64,000 nt of DNA from Eledone cirrhosa (GCA_964016885.1 OZ024745.1:20646001-20710000); one strand, 5' to 3'. Shown: positions 1 to 14,179, numbered from the stretch's first letter. The notes: generated by a model not told the origin, from the sequence alone. Numbers and translations are program-made.

Positions 1-69
<69 letters not shown>

Positions 70-73
<4 letters not shown>

Positions 74-175
74 AAAAAGAAGAAATCGAAAATGCAACTG
101 GAGTCTTATTTAAAAATATATATATATATTTATTTGGTTCCTTTACCGGTTTCGCAGTTCTTCTGCTTTTCAAAA
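70..175 (-). mobile_element. Penelope-type terminal fragment with variant hammerhead-like motif; same family as 39165-39370
   Basis: Minus strand TTGAAAA-GCAG-AAGAA-CTGC-GAAA-CCGG-TA-AAGG; homologous sequence on + at 39196-39295; flanked by (TA)n. Confidence 0.55.
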
Positions 176-192
176 TATATATATATATAGAA

Positions 193-237
193 AACGGTGC
201 TGATGATAGCTAACAAGCTTGAAACTAGTACATCGTT
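193..237 (+). ncRNA. Type I hammerhead ribozyme
   Basis: AACGGTG-CTGATGA-TAGCT-AACA-AGCTT-GAAA-CTAG-TA-CATCGTT: stem I AACGGTG/CATCGTT, stem II AGCT/AGCT, palindromic stem III ACTAGT. Confidence 0.85.
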
Positions 238-410
238 CCTGTGTCAGTGTTGAACAAAAAGGTGACGTGGTTGCCTTAACACCGTATGGCATAAATTCAG
301 GCTGTTCGCTTTGTTGACAAACAAACGAACAAAGCGGCCGGCGTTATAATAAACGCCGGCTAAACTGATGCGTGCATATATGTATGTGTACCTGTATGCA
401 TATGTGTATA

Positions 411-470
<60 letters not shown>

Positions 471-704
471 TGCTACTGTACGTATGTATACATATATGTA
501 TGTACGTATACATACATACTTACATTTAAGTAAGTGCCATACTAAGAGTGAGAAATGAAATTTCGTTTTCATTTTTTTCAACTTATCGTTTTCGGTATGC
601 CTGACCGATTTAACTCACTCAATATGCAAATTAGGCTGCTCAGCCGTTAATTTTCATAAGGAAAGTATATACTTTCGAACGTTCAACTATCTGGCAGATG
701 GGTA

Positions 705-749
705 AACGGTGCTGATGATAGCTAACAAGCTTGAAACTAGTACATCGTT
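705..749 (+). ncRNA. Type I hammerhead ribozyme (second copy)
   Basis: Identical to 193-237; stem I extendable via CTGGCAGATGGG/CCTGTGTCAG. Confidence 0.85.
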
Positions 750-922
750 CCTGTGTCAGTGTTGAACAAAAAGGTGACGTGGTTGCCTTAACACCGTATG
801 GCATAAATTCAGGCTGTTCGCTTTGTTGACAAACAAACGAACAAAGCGGCCGGCGTTATAATAAACGCCGGCTAAACTGATGCGTGCATATATGTATGTG
901 TACCTGTATGCATATGTGTATA

Positions 923-970
<48 letters not shown>

Positions 971-1081
971 TGCTACTGTACGTATGTATACATATATGTA
1001 TGTACGTATACATACATACTTACATTTAAGTAAGTGCCATACTAAGAGTGAGAAATGAAATTTCGTTTTCATTTTTTTCAA

Positions 1082-1269
<188 letters not shown>

Positions 1270-1311
1270 ATATATGTATATATATATATGTATGCGTTAT
1301 TATATGAATAT

Positions 1312-1500
1312 GTGGTGAATTGGCAGTGTCGGTAGAGGGTCGGACGCCATGCTTTGCAGCACAGTTACGTCCCTTTACGGACTGAGTTCAAATGCCGCCG
1401 AGGTTAACTTTGCCTTTCATCCTTACGGGGTCGATAAAATAAAGTACCAGTAATGCACTGAGTAATTGCTGGCCTTGTGCCAAAAGTAGAAACAGTTATT
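1312..1500 (+). mobile_element. tRNA-derived SINE, family A
   Basis: A-box-like TGGCAGTGTCGG, B-box GAGTTCAAAT, core CTTTGCCTTTCATCCTTACGGGGTCGATAAAATAAAGTACCAG; flanking direct repeat TTATTATATGAATAT; several copies in window. Confidence 0.85.
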
Positions 1501-1570
1501 ATATGAATATATATATATATATATAATATATATGTTTATATGTATATATATATATGTATGCGTTATTATA

Positions 1571-1604
<34 letters not shown>

Positions 1605-1641
1605 TTATTATATGAATATATATATATATATATATATGTAC

Positions 1642-1673
<32 letters not shown>

Positions 1674-1944
1674 ACATGACAATATGTATAAGTTTATTCA
1701 TTATTTGGTTTTTCTTCACGAAATTGTATTTAACTGTGGTGCCAAGTGTTTTGGCGTCAAACTTCTGCTGGGTCAGTCCGCAAAAGAATAAACGAGAAGA
1801 TGAGGGAGATATATCATTAAGAAAAAATATTACAAAGAAAATATGTGATAAAGAGAGCAAGTGGGAGGAGGTGGGAAAAGTGAGAGGAAGAGGGTGAAAA
1901 AGAGATTAGCAGGTATGGAACGATAGCGAGTGATCAGGAGAAAG

Positions 1945-1980
<36 letters not shown>

Positions 1981-2028
1981 TGAGGGAAAGAGAGCCGGGA
2001 GAGAGAAAGAAAGAGGGGAGAGAGAAAG

Positions 2029-2060
<32 letters not shown>

Positions 2061-2520
2061 GGAAGAGAGAGAGAGAGAGAGAGAGAGAAAGGGGAAAGGG
2101 AAAGAGTGAGAGAGAGAGAGGTGAGAGAGAGAGAGGTGAGAGAGAGAGAGAGAGGTGAGTGAGGGAAAGAGAGCAGGGAGAGAGAAAGAAAGAGACGGAG
2201 AGAGAAAGGAGTAGGGAAAGGGGAAGCGAGAGAGAGAGAGAGAGAAAAACATGGCTTCCCTTCTAAAAAGATTTTATCAATATAAGGTTAAGGGAATTTA
2301 TTAGAGAGAGTGGCATGACGAGGTACAAAAAGAGAGAGAGAGGGTGAGAGAGAGAGGGAGGGAGAGAGAGTACAGGAGACAACAGCAGAGAGAGAGAGCA
2401 GGGGTGTGAGGAAGAGAGAACAAGGGAGGGAGAAAGAAAGAGAGAGAGTAGGGGGAAGAGAAGTTGAGATTAAGAGTGAGACAGTGATAGTGGAATAGGG
2501 AGAGCTGGAGAGTGAGAGAA

Positions 2521-2703
2521 ATAATTGTTTCTACTTTTGGCACAAGGCCAGCAATTATCCCAGTACATTACTGGTACTTTATTTTATCGACCCCATAAGG
2601 ATGAAAGGCAAAGTTAACCTCGGCGGGATTTGAACTCAGATCATAAAGGGACGTAACTATTCTGGAAAGCATGTCCGACCCTCTACCGATACTGCCAATT
2701 CAC
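2521..2703 (-). mobile_element. tRNA-derived SINE, family A
   Basis: Reverse complement of 1312-1500; target-site duplication GAGAGTGAGAGAAATAAT. Confidence 0.85.
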
Positions 2704-2869
2704 GAGAGTGAGAGAAATAATAGAGGTTAGTATATAAGATAGGGAGTGTGAGAGATGGGGCGAGAGAGCGGAGGCGGTCGTGAGGTAGAGAGCGACAGAG
2801 AGGGAGTGTGAGAGGGGATGATATCTTGAGAGAGAGAGAGGGAGCGTGAGAGAGGAGGAGCATTGACAG

Positions 2870-3648
2870 AGGGGGCATGAGAGAGGGGGAGGATTGACAG
2901 AGAGAGGGGCGTGAAAGAGGACGGAGAGAAGGGGTTATATTTTGAGAGTTAGAGAGTGGGGCATGAGAGAGGGGTGATATTTTGAGAGTTGGAGAGGGAG
3001 GCGTTAGAGAGGGGGAGGCGTGAGAGAGAGGGGCATGAAGAGAGGGGGTGATATTTTGAGAGTTAGAGGGGAGGCGTGAGAGAGGGGAGGCGTGAGAGAG
3101 AGGGGCATGGGAGAGGGGGGTGATATTTTGAGAGTTAGAGAGGGAGGCGTGAGAGAGAGGGGCATGGAAGAGGGGGGGGGGGGTGATATTTTGAGAGTTA
3201 GGGAGGGGGCGTGAGAGAGGGGGTAGGTGTGAGATAGGGGGGCATGGAAGAGGGGGGATATTTTGAGAGTTAGAGAGGGAGGCTTGAGAGAGGGGGAGGC
3301 GTCAGAGAGGGGGGCATGGAAGAGGGGGTGATATTTTGAGAGTTAGAGAGGGAGGCTTGAGAGAGGGGGAGGCGTCAGAGAGAGGGGCATGGAAGAGGGG
3401 GTGATATTTTGAGAGTTAGATAGGGAGGCTTGAGAGAGGGGGAGGCGTCAGAGAGAGGGGCATGAAAGAGGGGTGATATTTTGAGAGTTAGAGAGGGAGG
3501 CGTAGGAGAGTGGCATGGGAGAGGGGTTGATATTTTGAGAATTAGGGAGGGGGCGTGAGAGAGGGCGGCATGGGAGAGAGGGTGATAATTTGAGAGGTAG
3601 GGAGGGGGCGTGAGAGAGGGGGCATGGGTGAGGGGTGATATTTTGAAG
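2870..3648. repeat. G-rich minisatellite (about 55-72 bp variable unit)
   Basis: Recurrent GGGGTGATATTTTGAGAGTTAGAGAGGGAGGCGTGAGAGA...GGGGCATG. Confidence 0.85.
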
Positions 3649-3978
3649 GTAGAAGTAGAGATTGAGGAAAGAAATGTAATGAATGTGAGAGAAGGAAAAC
3701 AACTTGGAAAAAGAAGAGCAATGTAAGAGGTTTAAATTAATGAGACATACGGGTAGCTGGGGTGGAATGAGACATTATGGGTAGCTGGGGTGGAATGAGA
3801 TGAAGATCAACCATTGAAAAATGGGTGTGTGTCTGAGTGTATGTGTGTGGGAGAGAGAGAGAGAGTGGAGGTGAGTGAAAGGGGAGTGAGTGAGAGAAAG
3901 ATAGATTTTGAGAGAAAAATATTAGTTCTGGAACTGAATCTAATACAAGAATAAGGAGATCTATATATAGATAGATAA

Positions 3979-5993
3979 ATTTCTTTATTAGACACAAGGG
4001 CACAAAAGAAGGGGACAAATACAAATGGGGAGTTTACATACAGGTATATGAAAATAAAACTATTAATAAAATAACAAATAAAAATTGAAATCCCCAATAG
4101 GGGGGGGGGAGGCGTTACACAGGGGTTGTACACACCCCGAAAAAATGTACAACCCTCATCTCCAGGAGCATCAAGAGTGAGTACTCCCTTCCTCTCTTCC
4201 TCTTTTTCCTCAACCAACAGGCTTATATAGAGAGAAGGCCCAACCACTCAGGCCATCTTTGCCACATTCACCCACCTTTTATAACATTTGCTGGGGTACA
4301 GCACCTCTCTCTCCATCCTGATTCTTCTTCCAAAATGATATTTGAAAAAACGAATCAGTTGCTCGCCGGAGAGAAAGGTCTCTGACCTCAGCCCTTTTAA
4401 CCTCGTCCACCATATAACCTCTTTCACCATAGCCATAACACATAGGAAAACCGCCTCTCCCTCGTTTTTTGAAGGCGGGTGGCGGTTCGATCATGACAAT
4501 GGAGTCGGTGGTCAACTGGATTGGTCCCACCCGCGACAATAGTCGTTCTACATAGCCCCACAGGTCGGTAACGCCCGGGAAGTGTACAAATGCGTGCACA
4601 ACGTTTTCCTCGTCGCGTACGCATCTCGGACAGATCTTTTTCGAAGGGTCCCTGCCCGGACGCTCGTGTCTGTAGAGCTTGTCTCGAACTGGTAGAGCTC
4701 CTCGGTAGCACTGCCAGGTCAGGGACTTTTGGAAGTTGTCCATTGGTCCCGGGCGGAAGTTCCTACCGAACAGACTGGCCAGTTCGTCCTCCTCTATGCC
4801 TAGAGTTTCTCCGAACGCGTCGTCGCACTTGCTGCGGACCAACCCCCTATATAATGTCGAAGTGGAATCTCCACTGATCGCCGGTTCCGGCTGCCAGAGG
4901 ACTGTGAGCGCCTGAGCACATTCGATGTGCCAGTCGGCCATTTTCCTCGGTCTTTGCTTGACCCAGGACTGCAGCTCGGTCAGCGAGACGAGTCGTGGGA
5001 AGGCTCGCCTCACGAACGAGACCCACACCGGTTGTCCGGTGAGGAATTCAGGTGCCGCAGCCTGAACGCGTGTTTGTGCATCGTCAGCCACGGCACCCCC
5101 AGCCCTCCCGTTTGAAGGGTGTTGGCAGCAGATGGCTCTTCTCACCAAAGGAGCCCGTTTCTTCCAAAGGAATTGGAAGTGCGCGCGCTCTATTTTGGTG
5201 AGCGTTTTGGCTGGACAAGGCACGACAGTCAAGCGGTAGTAGATGACGGACGCTATAAAAGTGTTCGCCACCTCCGCTCGCCCTTTCAAGGATAGTTTGC
5301 ACTCGGCCCACTTCTGGGTGAGCGCAAACACCTTGGCCGTCACCTCGTTCCAGTTCTTCTCCACCTGGAGGTCCGGACCAAACCAGACCCCGAGCAGCTT
5401 TACTGGTCCTTCCGTCCAGCGTCCGACAACGCCATCGGAAAGCATCGGTTTGCCTCTCCACGTTCCGAGTTGCAAACCGACGGATTTGTCCCGGTTCAGC
5501 TTCGCTCCTGTGAACCTTTCGTATTCCTCCAGTAAGGTGCCGACCTCCCCGATTTGCGAGGTGCTCGACATCAATCATTACTGTCACGTCGTCGGCGTAG
5601 GCCGACGCCGCTTTTCGCAGTCCCGGTTCCAAAGGAATGGCCTGCAATAGCTCCAACTTCCGCAGTAGTGGCTCGAGAGTCAGTACGTACTGAATGGAGG
5701 AGAGAGGGCATCCCTGTCGGATGGATCGCGTGATATGGAACAGCTCCGAGAGGTAGCCGTTCACCTTGACCCTTGAGCAGATGTTGCTGCTGTACATTGC
5801 AGCAATCCAGCCCTTGAACACGGGTCCGAAGCCTGCCGACTCGAGCACCGCATCCAGGTAACGATGGTCAACCCTATCGAAAGCCTTAGACTGATCCAAG
5901 TTGATCAGGGCCCCACCGAAGCCCGGTTTACACCCTACCCTCTCGATGATGTATTGCATGAGGTGGAGGTTGTCGTGTATGGACCTGGTCGAG
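3979..5993 (-). mobile_element. Tx1/L1-clade LINE copy A, 5'-truncated, frameshifted RT and C-terminal part of ORF2
   Basis: LDQSKAFDRVDH, RQGCPLS, YADD, CPRC..HAFVH; 3' end AATAAAGAAATTTATCTATCTA; homologous to 35645-37635. Confidence 0.93.
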
Positions 5994-6040
5994 ATCCATA
6001 TATAAATAGATAGATAGGTAAATAGATAGATTGATAGATA

Positions 6041-9000
6041 GATTTCTTTATTAGCCACAAGGGCGCACAAGAAAAGGGGACAGAACAAAGACATGCCGGG
6101 GAATTTACATACAATCGTATAAAAAAATATAAATCAAACAATTATAACAATCGAAATCCTAAAGTGGGTTGTTTAATACCCCGTCGATAGAACAACCCTC
6201 AACTTTAGGAACATGTTGTGCAAGTTCCCCTTTCTTCCTTTTGCTCTCTTCTTCAACCTAGAGGTTTATATACAGAGAAGGGCCAATCACTCGGGATATT
6301 TTTGCCACATTCACCCACCTTTCAGTAAATTTACTGAGGTGCAGTGCCTCTTTCTCCACTCTGATTCTTCTTCTAAAGTGGTATCTAAAGAAGGGAATGA
6401 GTTGTCCGGAGAGAAAGGCATCTGTCCTCAGTCCTCTCAATCTCGTCCACCATATAACCTCTTTCACCATAACCACTATACAGAGAAAAACCGCCTCTCT
6501 TTCGTTTTTGAAAGGCCCAGCTAACAGCTTTCGCTCCCTCGTTTCCTAGAGCACGTGATTTACTTCTGACCACGCAGCCTTCGTGTTTCGCGTCGAAGAA
6601 CTGGTCCAATGCCGTTCTCGTTGCTAGCACTCTAGCTACGTCGCCACTCCTAAGCGCCTCCTCTACCTTGGCTACTAGTTCCGTTTCTGTTTTGTTTCTC
6701 TCTAAGGCTAACTCTCTGCTAAAGTCTATCGACTCTACTCTAATTGCTTTCTTGAGGGAGTACCACCATCTGTTGTTGACGATGGCTCCCGTCAATTGTT
6801 GCTTAACTAATCTACTTATCCGTTCACTGTAGGCTTTATGTGTCGGTAACGACACGTTCAGCTTCCATTATCCGGGTCCTTGTCTATGTATTCTATCACG
6901 GTTGACTATGCAGATGATTAGTTTGTGGTCTGAATAGGCAACCATGTGCAATAGTGGACAGCTTAACATCTTCTTGTCCTTCTCTCTAATGAACAACTAT
7001 CTAAATATGATCTAGATGTCCCGCTGCGGTTTGCCCACGTCCACTGTGGTGCAGTCGGGAAATCTAGTCGATATATATTGGCCAGTTGGAATTGGCTGAT
7101 TAGATTTTTGAGGCTGTTGCAACCCCCCCCCCCTCTACTGGACATGCTCCCACATAGTCCAATTGTGCATCTAAGATACCATTCCAGTCCCCCACTAAAA
7201 GTAAGGAGCGAGACGTTCCCAGAAAAGACTCTAGACGCTTAAAGAAGTCTGGCCGTGATTACTATTGCCCAGGTCATAAACGGCCACCAGTCTGAAGGCT
7301 CCACCTCCAACACTGTTCACGTCTAGGACTACCAGTCTGCCCTCCAGGTCCAAGTGTACTTGCTGTACTTCGACCTCCAGGTTTTTCCGAAACATGACAG
7401 CCACTCCCTCTCCACCTCCTGGCTGACAGAGAGATGCGTAGATCTCAAAGTCATTGAAGATGGGGGTTAGTTGCTGCCTGTTGTGGATCCTGGACTCGGT
7501 GATGGCTATCACATCCATACCGTGTGACCTAAGGTCGTTTAAAAGTTGGCCCTGTTTCCAGGGCATCCCTAGGCCACGCACATTCACGCTTCCAACTCGT
7601 AAACTAGCCATGTTGGTGGAGAAGAGTTGGCGAAAAAGGACGAAAAGGTGCACTTACCTTTTCGTTTCCTGGAGATCGGGTTGTTCAATCTCCATTTGGG
7701 TGTGGAGGGGGTGTTGGGTTGGGTGGGGAAACATTTTAACAGGACGCGGTTGATGGGTTTCTGGCAAGGGGTGCCCACGTCCTGCGAAAATTTATTCTTC
7801 AGGTCACTATAGGTCTCCATAGAAACCCTTATAAGTTTAAGGTGTGGAGACGATTCTGCTTTAACGAAAGTTTTTCCCTCCGTGTCCACCTTGTGGTTTT
7901 GGGAGATGACCTCCATCAAACTCTTGTTGTTTGTGTTGATGTATGCGTATTGTTGTTTGTGTTTTTGTTGTATTTTGTTTGTTGTTCGTTCGGGAGTTTT
8001 CTTTTTATGGTGGGTGCTTGTGTTTGGGTGGTGTTGGTGTTGGTTTTTCTGGTAGGGGGATGTTTGACTGTGGTGTTGTTTGTGTTGTTGTTTGTGTCTG
8101 TTGTTGTGTGTTGGTGTTGGTGATTGGAGTTTTGTGGGTTCTGTGGTGTCTCTTTTTTTGTTTTTTGGATTTCCGAGGCTCTCCTTCTTTACTTAAAGAA
8201 GGCGAAGCAGCCTCATTTGTTGTGAATAATCATCGTCAGGAGTGTTGGGGTAGGGGTATGTTGTGTGGTGGTGGTGTTTCGGTGTGTGTGTTTGTGGTAG
8301 TGTTTGATGGAGTGGGATGGTGCTGTGTTCTTCAGCGGTGTTGCCTGTGTTTTTTCTGTTGTTGTTGGTTGAGTGGCTGTTTGTTTTCGTGTGTTTGCTT
8401 GTTTCGTGTGTTGTTGTTGTTGCAGTGGTGGTTGTTTTGGTGTTGGTGTTGGTGACAGTGTTTTCTTTTGATTGTTTTGGTTGAGCGTGTTTACAAAAGG
8501 CAGGAGGCCTTTAGATGTGTGGTGCTATTGCAACGAAAGCAATGTGGTTTTCGTCCCTCAACCGAAATGTTAATGTAGTTGTTGTTGTCGACTAGGACCT
8601 TTTCGGGTATTTTGGAGATTCTCTCCGGCCTCATCTGCACCAGAATCTCCAAATTGGTACCCGCCTACCTTTGTCTGGTCGACTTCGTGACCGAAAGAAT
8701 TGTGTCACTTTCTGGCTCTATGAACCCTGCTAAAATCCACCAAATGTTGATGTTTGGTGGTATGTTATTTTAATTTTTTGTGTTCTTTTTCCCATGTAAG
8801 TAGGGAAAAAGGTGTGTGTTTTTGTGATGACTGGTGTAACAATGCTTTTGTGCGAGGGCCTTGCTTTTAAAAAGTACCGAAATACTTCCATATAGTCTGG
8901 CGCTCTGCATAAAATCAATGTCCGGCAGAGCCTCTTTCAAGGTGGTTTCAATTTCCCCTTGACTGAGGAATACCGGCTTTTTTATTGATTTTGAGACAGT

Positions 9001-9630
9001 TCTGAGGCTGCCCTTCTTCGAACTGTTTCGTGTTTAATTTCCAAGGGTATGTTTATTTGAAACGCACCCTTTTCTTCAAATGTTATAAATTGTCTCCCAT
9101 CAGACAACATCTGTTTTGAATTGCTGATGTCCAATTCTTTATATTCCTTTTCTTTTATTACAGTCTGTGCGAATGTTGTTTTTTCAGTTTTGTTGTTGGT
9201 TTTTTTCGTGTGTAGTTGTGTTAATTGTTTCTATTTCTGCATTTTCTGTATTTTTGGTGTCTGTTGTGGGCTGTTATTTTCATCTTTTGTTGTGCAAATA
9301 TCCATTTCTTTACGAAACGAATTTTGTTGTTGTTTGTCCCCATAGATACTTCTATGGAAGTAGAGGGAGATATAACGCTTATATCTGTCTCTTTCCCTCT
9401 CTTCTCGCTGTCTAGCGTTCTCTGTAGTCACACATTGTTAAAGTTAGGAAAATTTTAAAACTTCTCAATGATTTAAAAATTAAATTTTCGCCCCACAGGA
9501 GCGAAAACTGAGATTAACACTCAGCTGACAATTCCGCCTGGGTGTTAATCTATCAAACAATATAAATTTTCACACAATAAATTCTGTTTTTGTATAGAAC
9601 ATTTTACAAAAACTTACTAACGATCCGGAC
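6041..9630 (-). mobile_element. Tx1/L1-clade LINE copy B: 5'UTR, degenerate ORF1 and APE endonuclease, RT internally deleted
   Basis: ORF1 motif TFFPTYMGKRTQKIKIT shared with 32033-33208; ORF2 start MASLRVGSVNVRGLG at 7611; junction AVSWA|FQKRK at about 6515 skips RT; (GATA)n on both sides. Confidence 0.9.
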
Positions 9631-9923
9631 GATAGAGAGATAGATAGATAGATAGATAAACAGATAGAAAGATAGATATATAGATAGATAGATAGATAGA
9701 CAGATAGATAAATAGATAGATAGATAGAAAGACTGACAGATAGGTGAGGCCTTCGCAAGAAATAGAATATTTAGAAAGAGGAAAGAGTAAATATGTATAT
9801 ATGAGCGCGCACTGGTGTGTGAACATATAATATGAGTCTGATTGGCGGACATAAAAACACACTCACACAAACAAACACACACACATACATACACATACTC
9901 ACACACACACACATATATATATG

Positions 9924-9962
<39 letters not shown>

Positions 9963-10046
9963 CCATGTTTGTCCATTATTTACTTCTTTGCCATTCTAGT
10001 TTTCCATTTTTTCTCCCTTACACGCCCCCCTCTCTCTCTCTCTCTT

Positions 10047-10089
<43 letters not shown>

Positions 10090-10099
10090 GTATATATAT

Positions 10100-10138
<39 letters not shown>

Positions 10139-10197
10139 TGTATGTGCGCATGTACGTCCGTATATTTTGGCGAGAAAGAGTGAATGAGTGTGTGGAA

Positions 10198-10254
<57 letters not shown>

Positions 10255-10914
10255 CCGTGTAAGAGAGAGAATAAATGTAAAACAAGAACGGCAAAGAAGT
10301 AGAAAATGGAGAAACATGGTTGTATAGAGATGTGAAAGTTGTGGGGGTGTTTTATGTGAGAATAAGAAGTGGGAAAAGGGAAAAACAAGAACAAAAAACA
10401 AAATCAGCCGTTTGAGGCATTTTAGGCGCCATCAGCTGTACACAGCCTACATGATTGACTTTTGACATCATTCTGGCATGGAGATGACTTACTAAGGGAA
10501 TATATACGGCTCCGGAAGAGAAAGACTTTCAGCAAGAAAACGAAGAGATAAAATAAAATAAAAAAAAGAAATATAAGAAATTGAGAACAAAAAAATAAAT
10601 AACTAAACTTATAAAATGAAGAAATGAAGAAACGATAAGGGAAGAAGAAAGAGCAGCAAATGTTAGGTTTCGTGCTTGCTTGCATTATATGTGTTTATTT
10701 AAATGTGTCGTGCCTAGCAGAGGGAGAACGAGAAGTAACAGTCGGCGCCAGTGCAAGCGAGAAAAAACCTGGCGTAGCCGAAGGACGCTGAGAACGAACG
10801 ATCGATCGATGTATCGACATTCCAACTTCTTTGAGCTCGCAGGAATTAAAGTAGGAACTAAAAAGAAATTACTTCTTTGATTGCGCTCTTTACACTCTGT
10901 GCCGTTTAAAATCT

Positions 10915-11082
10915 GTGTGTGACAGCTCACCCCTCTGCAGGTTTAGCTGGCCTCCTCCAAGGTATATCTCGTAAAATAAAGTGTCTTGCTCAAGGAAACA
11001 ACACACTCCCCAGTCCGAGAATTGAACTCACAACCTTTCGATTGCAGGCCCAATGCTCTAACCACTAAGCCATGCGCCTTCA
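10915..11082 (-). mobile_element. tRNA-derived SINE, family B (internally deleted)
   Basis: Minus strand GGCGCATGGCTTAGTGGTTAGAGC...GAGTTCAATTCTC...TCCTTGAGCAAGACACTT; 12-bp TSD CGTTTAAAATCT at 10903 and 11083. Confidence 0.85.
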
Positions 11083-11350
11083 CGTTTAAAATCTACAGCT
11101 ATATATTGCGCAGTTGCACCAGACAGCCACCGAGACAATCATATTTTTAAAAAGTTTATTATAAAGTGATTAATATTTATCTTGGAATTCCTTATGGTCT
11201 TACGTGATTTATATTTACGTTCGGATTTTCTTAAATATATATTACATCCTTCGATAACTAGTTCGATTATTTCATCAATTATAAAAGACTAATTTTATTA
11301 TTATTTATTTTTTTATTTTTATATATTTCAGATTTTACTTTATAAATAAC

Positions 11351-11381
<31 letters not shown>

Positions 11382-11382
<1 letters not shown>

Positions 11383-11522
11383 ACAAAGGAATTGTGGTAA
11401 GGAACCAGATGGACCATAACACACCAGAGTACTCAATACTTAGGGTAGTAGAGTGGGAAATAGGAAAAAAGTATGACCCCGACGGCAGAGCTCAAGCCGT
11501 TTCGACGGCTATTTCTGGTCCA

Positions 11523-11525
<3 letters not shown>
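11382..11525. repeat. Dispersed repeat fragment in (TA)n; inverted copy at 22190-22315
   Basis: AACAAAGGAATTGTGGTAA..CCAGATGGACCATAAC..GAGTACTCAATACTTAGGGTAG shared by both loci. Confidence 0.7.
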
Positions 11526-11570
<45 letters not shown>

Positions 11571-11901
11571 CGGTGCCCCAGCATGGCCTCAGCCGGATGG
11601 CTGAAACAGGTAAAAGAGTAAAAGAGAATATATACATATATATATATATTTATCTTCCGTTTTATCATTCCGTTCCGACTGGAAGCCAGATTTGTTGAAA
11701 ACATAAAAAGAAATAAACAAAAGAAAAACTAATTTCATTTCCAATGCGAGACGAATGTAATTGTATGAATTTACCAATTGAACAGCACACTTCTCGCCGA
11801 CAGTATAGCTTTTACTAACTTGAAGTAAATGAAAATATATACGTAATTCTAATACTGGTAAATACAATATATCTAAAAAATCTTATAGCTAACTCATACA
11901 T

Positions 11902-12055
<154 letters not shown>

Positions 12056-12059
12056 TTAA

Positions 12060-12428
12060 AACAACATACAATTTCCCAGACACACGTATGCGCATGTTCA
12101 TTCACGATACACAAACCACACACACAGACAGAAGTAATGGTGCACACCCATGAAATGCACTCTATCTGCACACACATTACAACATCCGAAACACACTTCG
12201 ACTTTCCACCTCCGCACCCCTCCCAAATGTCGGACTACACGCCCATCACCCCAACCCTTCTTAGAACTTTTCTTTTTTCCCAAACTTCGATGTTCCAACC
12301 TTTTCTCTCCCCACACTCTCCATTTCCCGAAGAAGGACTTATGCCCGAAAGGTCAAACCCTCTTCTACTTTCTCCTAAGCGTCATACTAATAAAACTGTG
12401 TTTTTACATCACTGTATTTGTCTTGTCA
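12060..12428 (+). mobile_element. Probable Penelope-like 3' terminal fragment with degenerate hammerhead at about 12323-12357
   Basis: CCGAAGAA-GG-ACTTATG-CCC-GAAA-GG-TC-AAA followed by AATAAA and (TA)n. Confidence 0.4.
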
Positions 12429-13472
12429 TATATATATATATATATATATATATACTTCAATACATACATACATACATACATACATACATACATACATACA
12501 TACATACATACATACGTACATATATATGCATGTGATGGTGTGTGTGGATGTATGTTCAGACACTAGTTTTTGCAAATGACTGAGAAAGGAGGCGCTGGAT
12601 ACATACAGTAAAGTATATGTTTCATTTAGATTTATTTTCCTTTCTCATTCTTGAGTTTCACGCCACGGCAATTATCAAAAGAGAACATCGAGTTTGCGTT
12701 GTGCCCAAGAAGCAAGACAAAAAATACGGTTTAAATAATATGTTTTCTTTTCTCTACGACCTTGCCACCGGATACTTGGTCAGTTAAAAATATATTCATT
12801 TTCCCACTGGAGTGGACTAGAGCAATGTGTATTAAGGTGTTTTGTTTCAAGGACACCACACCACAGCTGGTTAGGGAATCAAAAATGTAAATTATCTAAA
12901 CTAAATTTTCTTTCTCGCTACTTCAGATATACTCGACAGTGTTACTGTTCCTTTATACCAATCGTTGTGGGTGTGTTCCTTTCACCTCGACATATTATTT
13001 GATTATCTCCCTTTCTCGTTTGATCACTGCCTTTGTTCTTGTTATTTTAATTTGTTTGGGGTTATTTTTTACAGGTTTCTGACCTGATAATCTTTGTTTA
13101 TTCTAAATATCTTTTTTTCAGTTTCTGTTGCTGTTTTAATTTTAGATCATATTTGTTCATAGTTTTACTGTTCGTTGTTTTTAGCAGGTAGCAATGTGTA
13201 AACGGACTATATATAAACCTTCTCATTTTGTGTCTTGTATGTTTGTATGATGTTTTAGTCACGCCATAAAAAGTGAATATTGGTGTTAAAACATAATTTT
13301 TTTACCCCCCCAAAAAAGATCATCCTGGCTAGTGTTTGGCAAAATTGAACTAGTATGTCACGTAACCACAATATCTATTTTCGACGGCGATCCTAAATAT
13401 ATTTACTAAAGACACCCACCATTCTTATCTATCTGATAAACCTAAAGCCATATAATGTCTCTATTAATTAAT

Positions 13473-13706
13473 TTAGTGGTTAGAGCATTGGGCTTGCAAT
13501 CGAAAGGTTGTGAGTTCAATTCTCGGACCGGGTGGTGTGTTGTTTCCTTGAACAAGACACTTTATTTCACGTTGCTCCAGTTTACTCAGCTGTAGAAATA
13601 AGATGATAGGACTGGGGTCCCAATCATTAAATCCCCCAAGACACCTCCAACGAGATATACCTTGGAGGAGGCCAGCTAAAACCTGCATAGGGGTGAGCTG
13701 TCACAC
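13473..13706 (+). mobile_element. tRNA-derived SINE, family B
   Basis: TTAGTGGTTAGAGC A-box, GAGTTCAATTC B-box, TCCTTGAACAAGACACTT core; similar to 28030-28290. Confidence 0.85.
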
Positions 13707-13749
13707 GCATACACACACACATTAATTAAGTAAATGTAGTTAATGCATA

Positions 13750-13950
13750 TACGAGGATCGGCTGAAATGTTCATTGGCTGACTATGAATGAATGATGCTA
13801 GAGCTGTGAAATATTGCAGACATTAATTTCAACTTTTCTTATTAATAACTGGATTGTTTTTTTCCAGGAATTATGTTGAAAAATAAACCTCACTTGGTCA
13901 CCCCATGAGAGTATCTTGGTCAGCCTATAAACTTTCCTGTCGACTCTCGG
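13750..13950. mobile_element. Mariner-type MITE
   Basis: Imperfect TIRs TACGAGGATCGGCTGAAATGTTCATTGGCTGAC / GTCAGCCTATAAACTTTCCTGTCGACTCTCG. Confidence 0.55.
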
Positions 13951-14179
13951 ACAACTGTAATTCAACTCATTTAATTCTATACGAAATTAAGTAGCTATAT
14001 ACTACCATTCTATCTGTAGACAGATAAATGACGTACTGATCCCTGATAAAGCGATAAAATCTTTGAAACTAGTCATGTTGATTTCACATGCGATTTAATC
14101 AGGGTTTATAATATACACTACGAAGCTAAACATGTACATTTGTTAATGTACCTCACTCAGAACCATATACAGAGATCCA

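Noticed and set aside
13473-13530. Functional tRNA genes at SINE heads
   Set aside because: A and B boxes are present but no full cloverleaf, and they continue into SINE bodies
14035-14085. Hammerhead CTGATAA...GAAACTAGTC
   Set aside because: Core altered and stem I not convincing; at best a decayed copy
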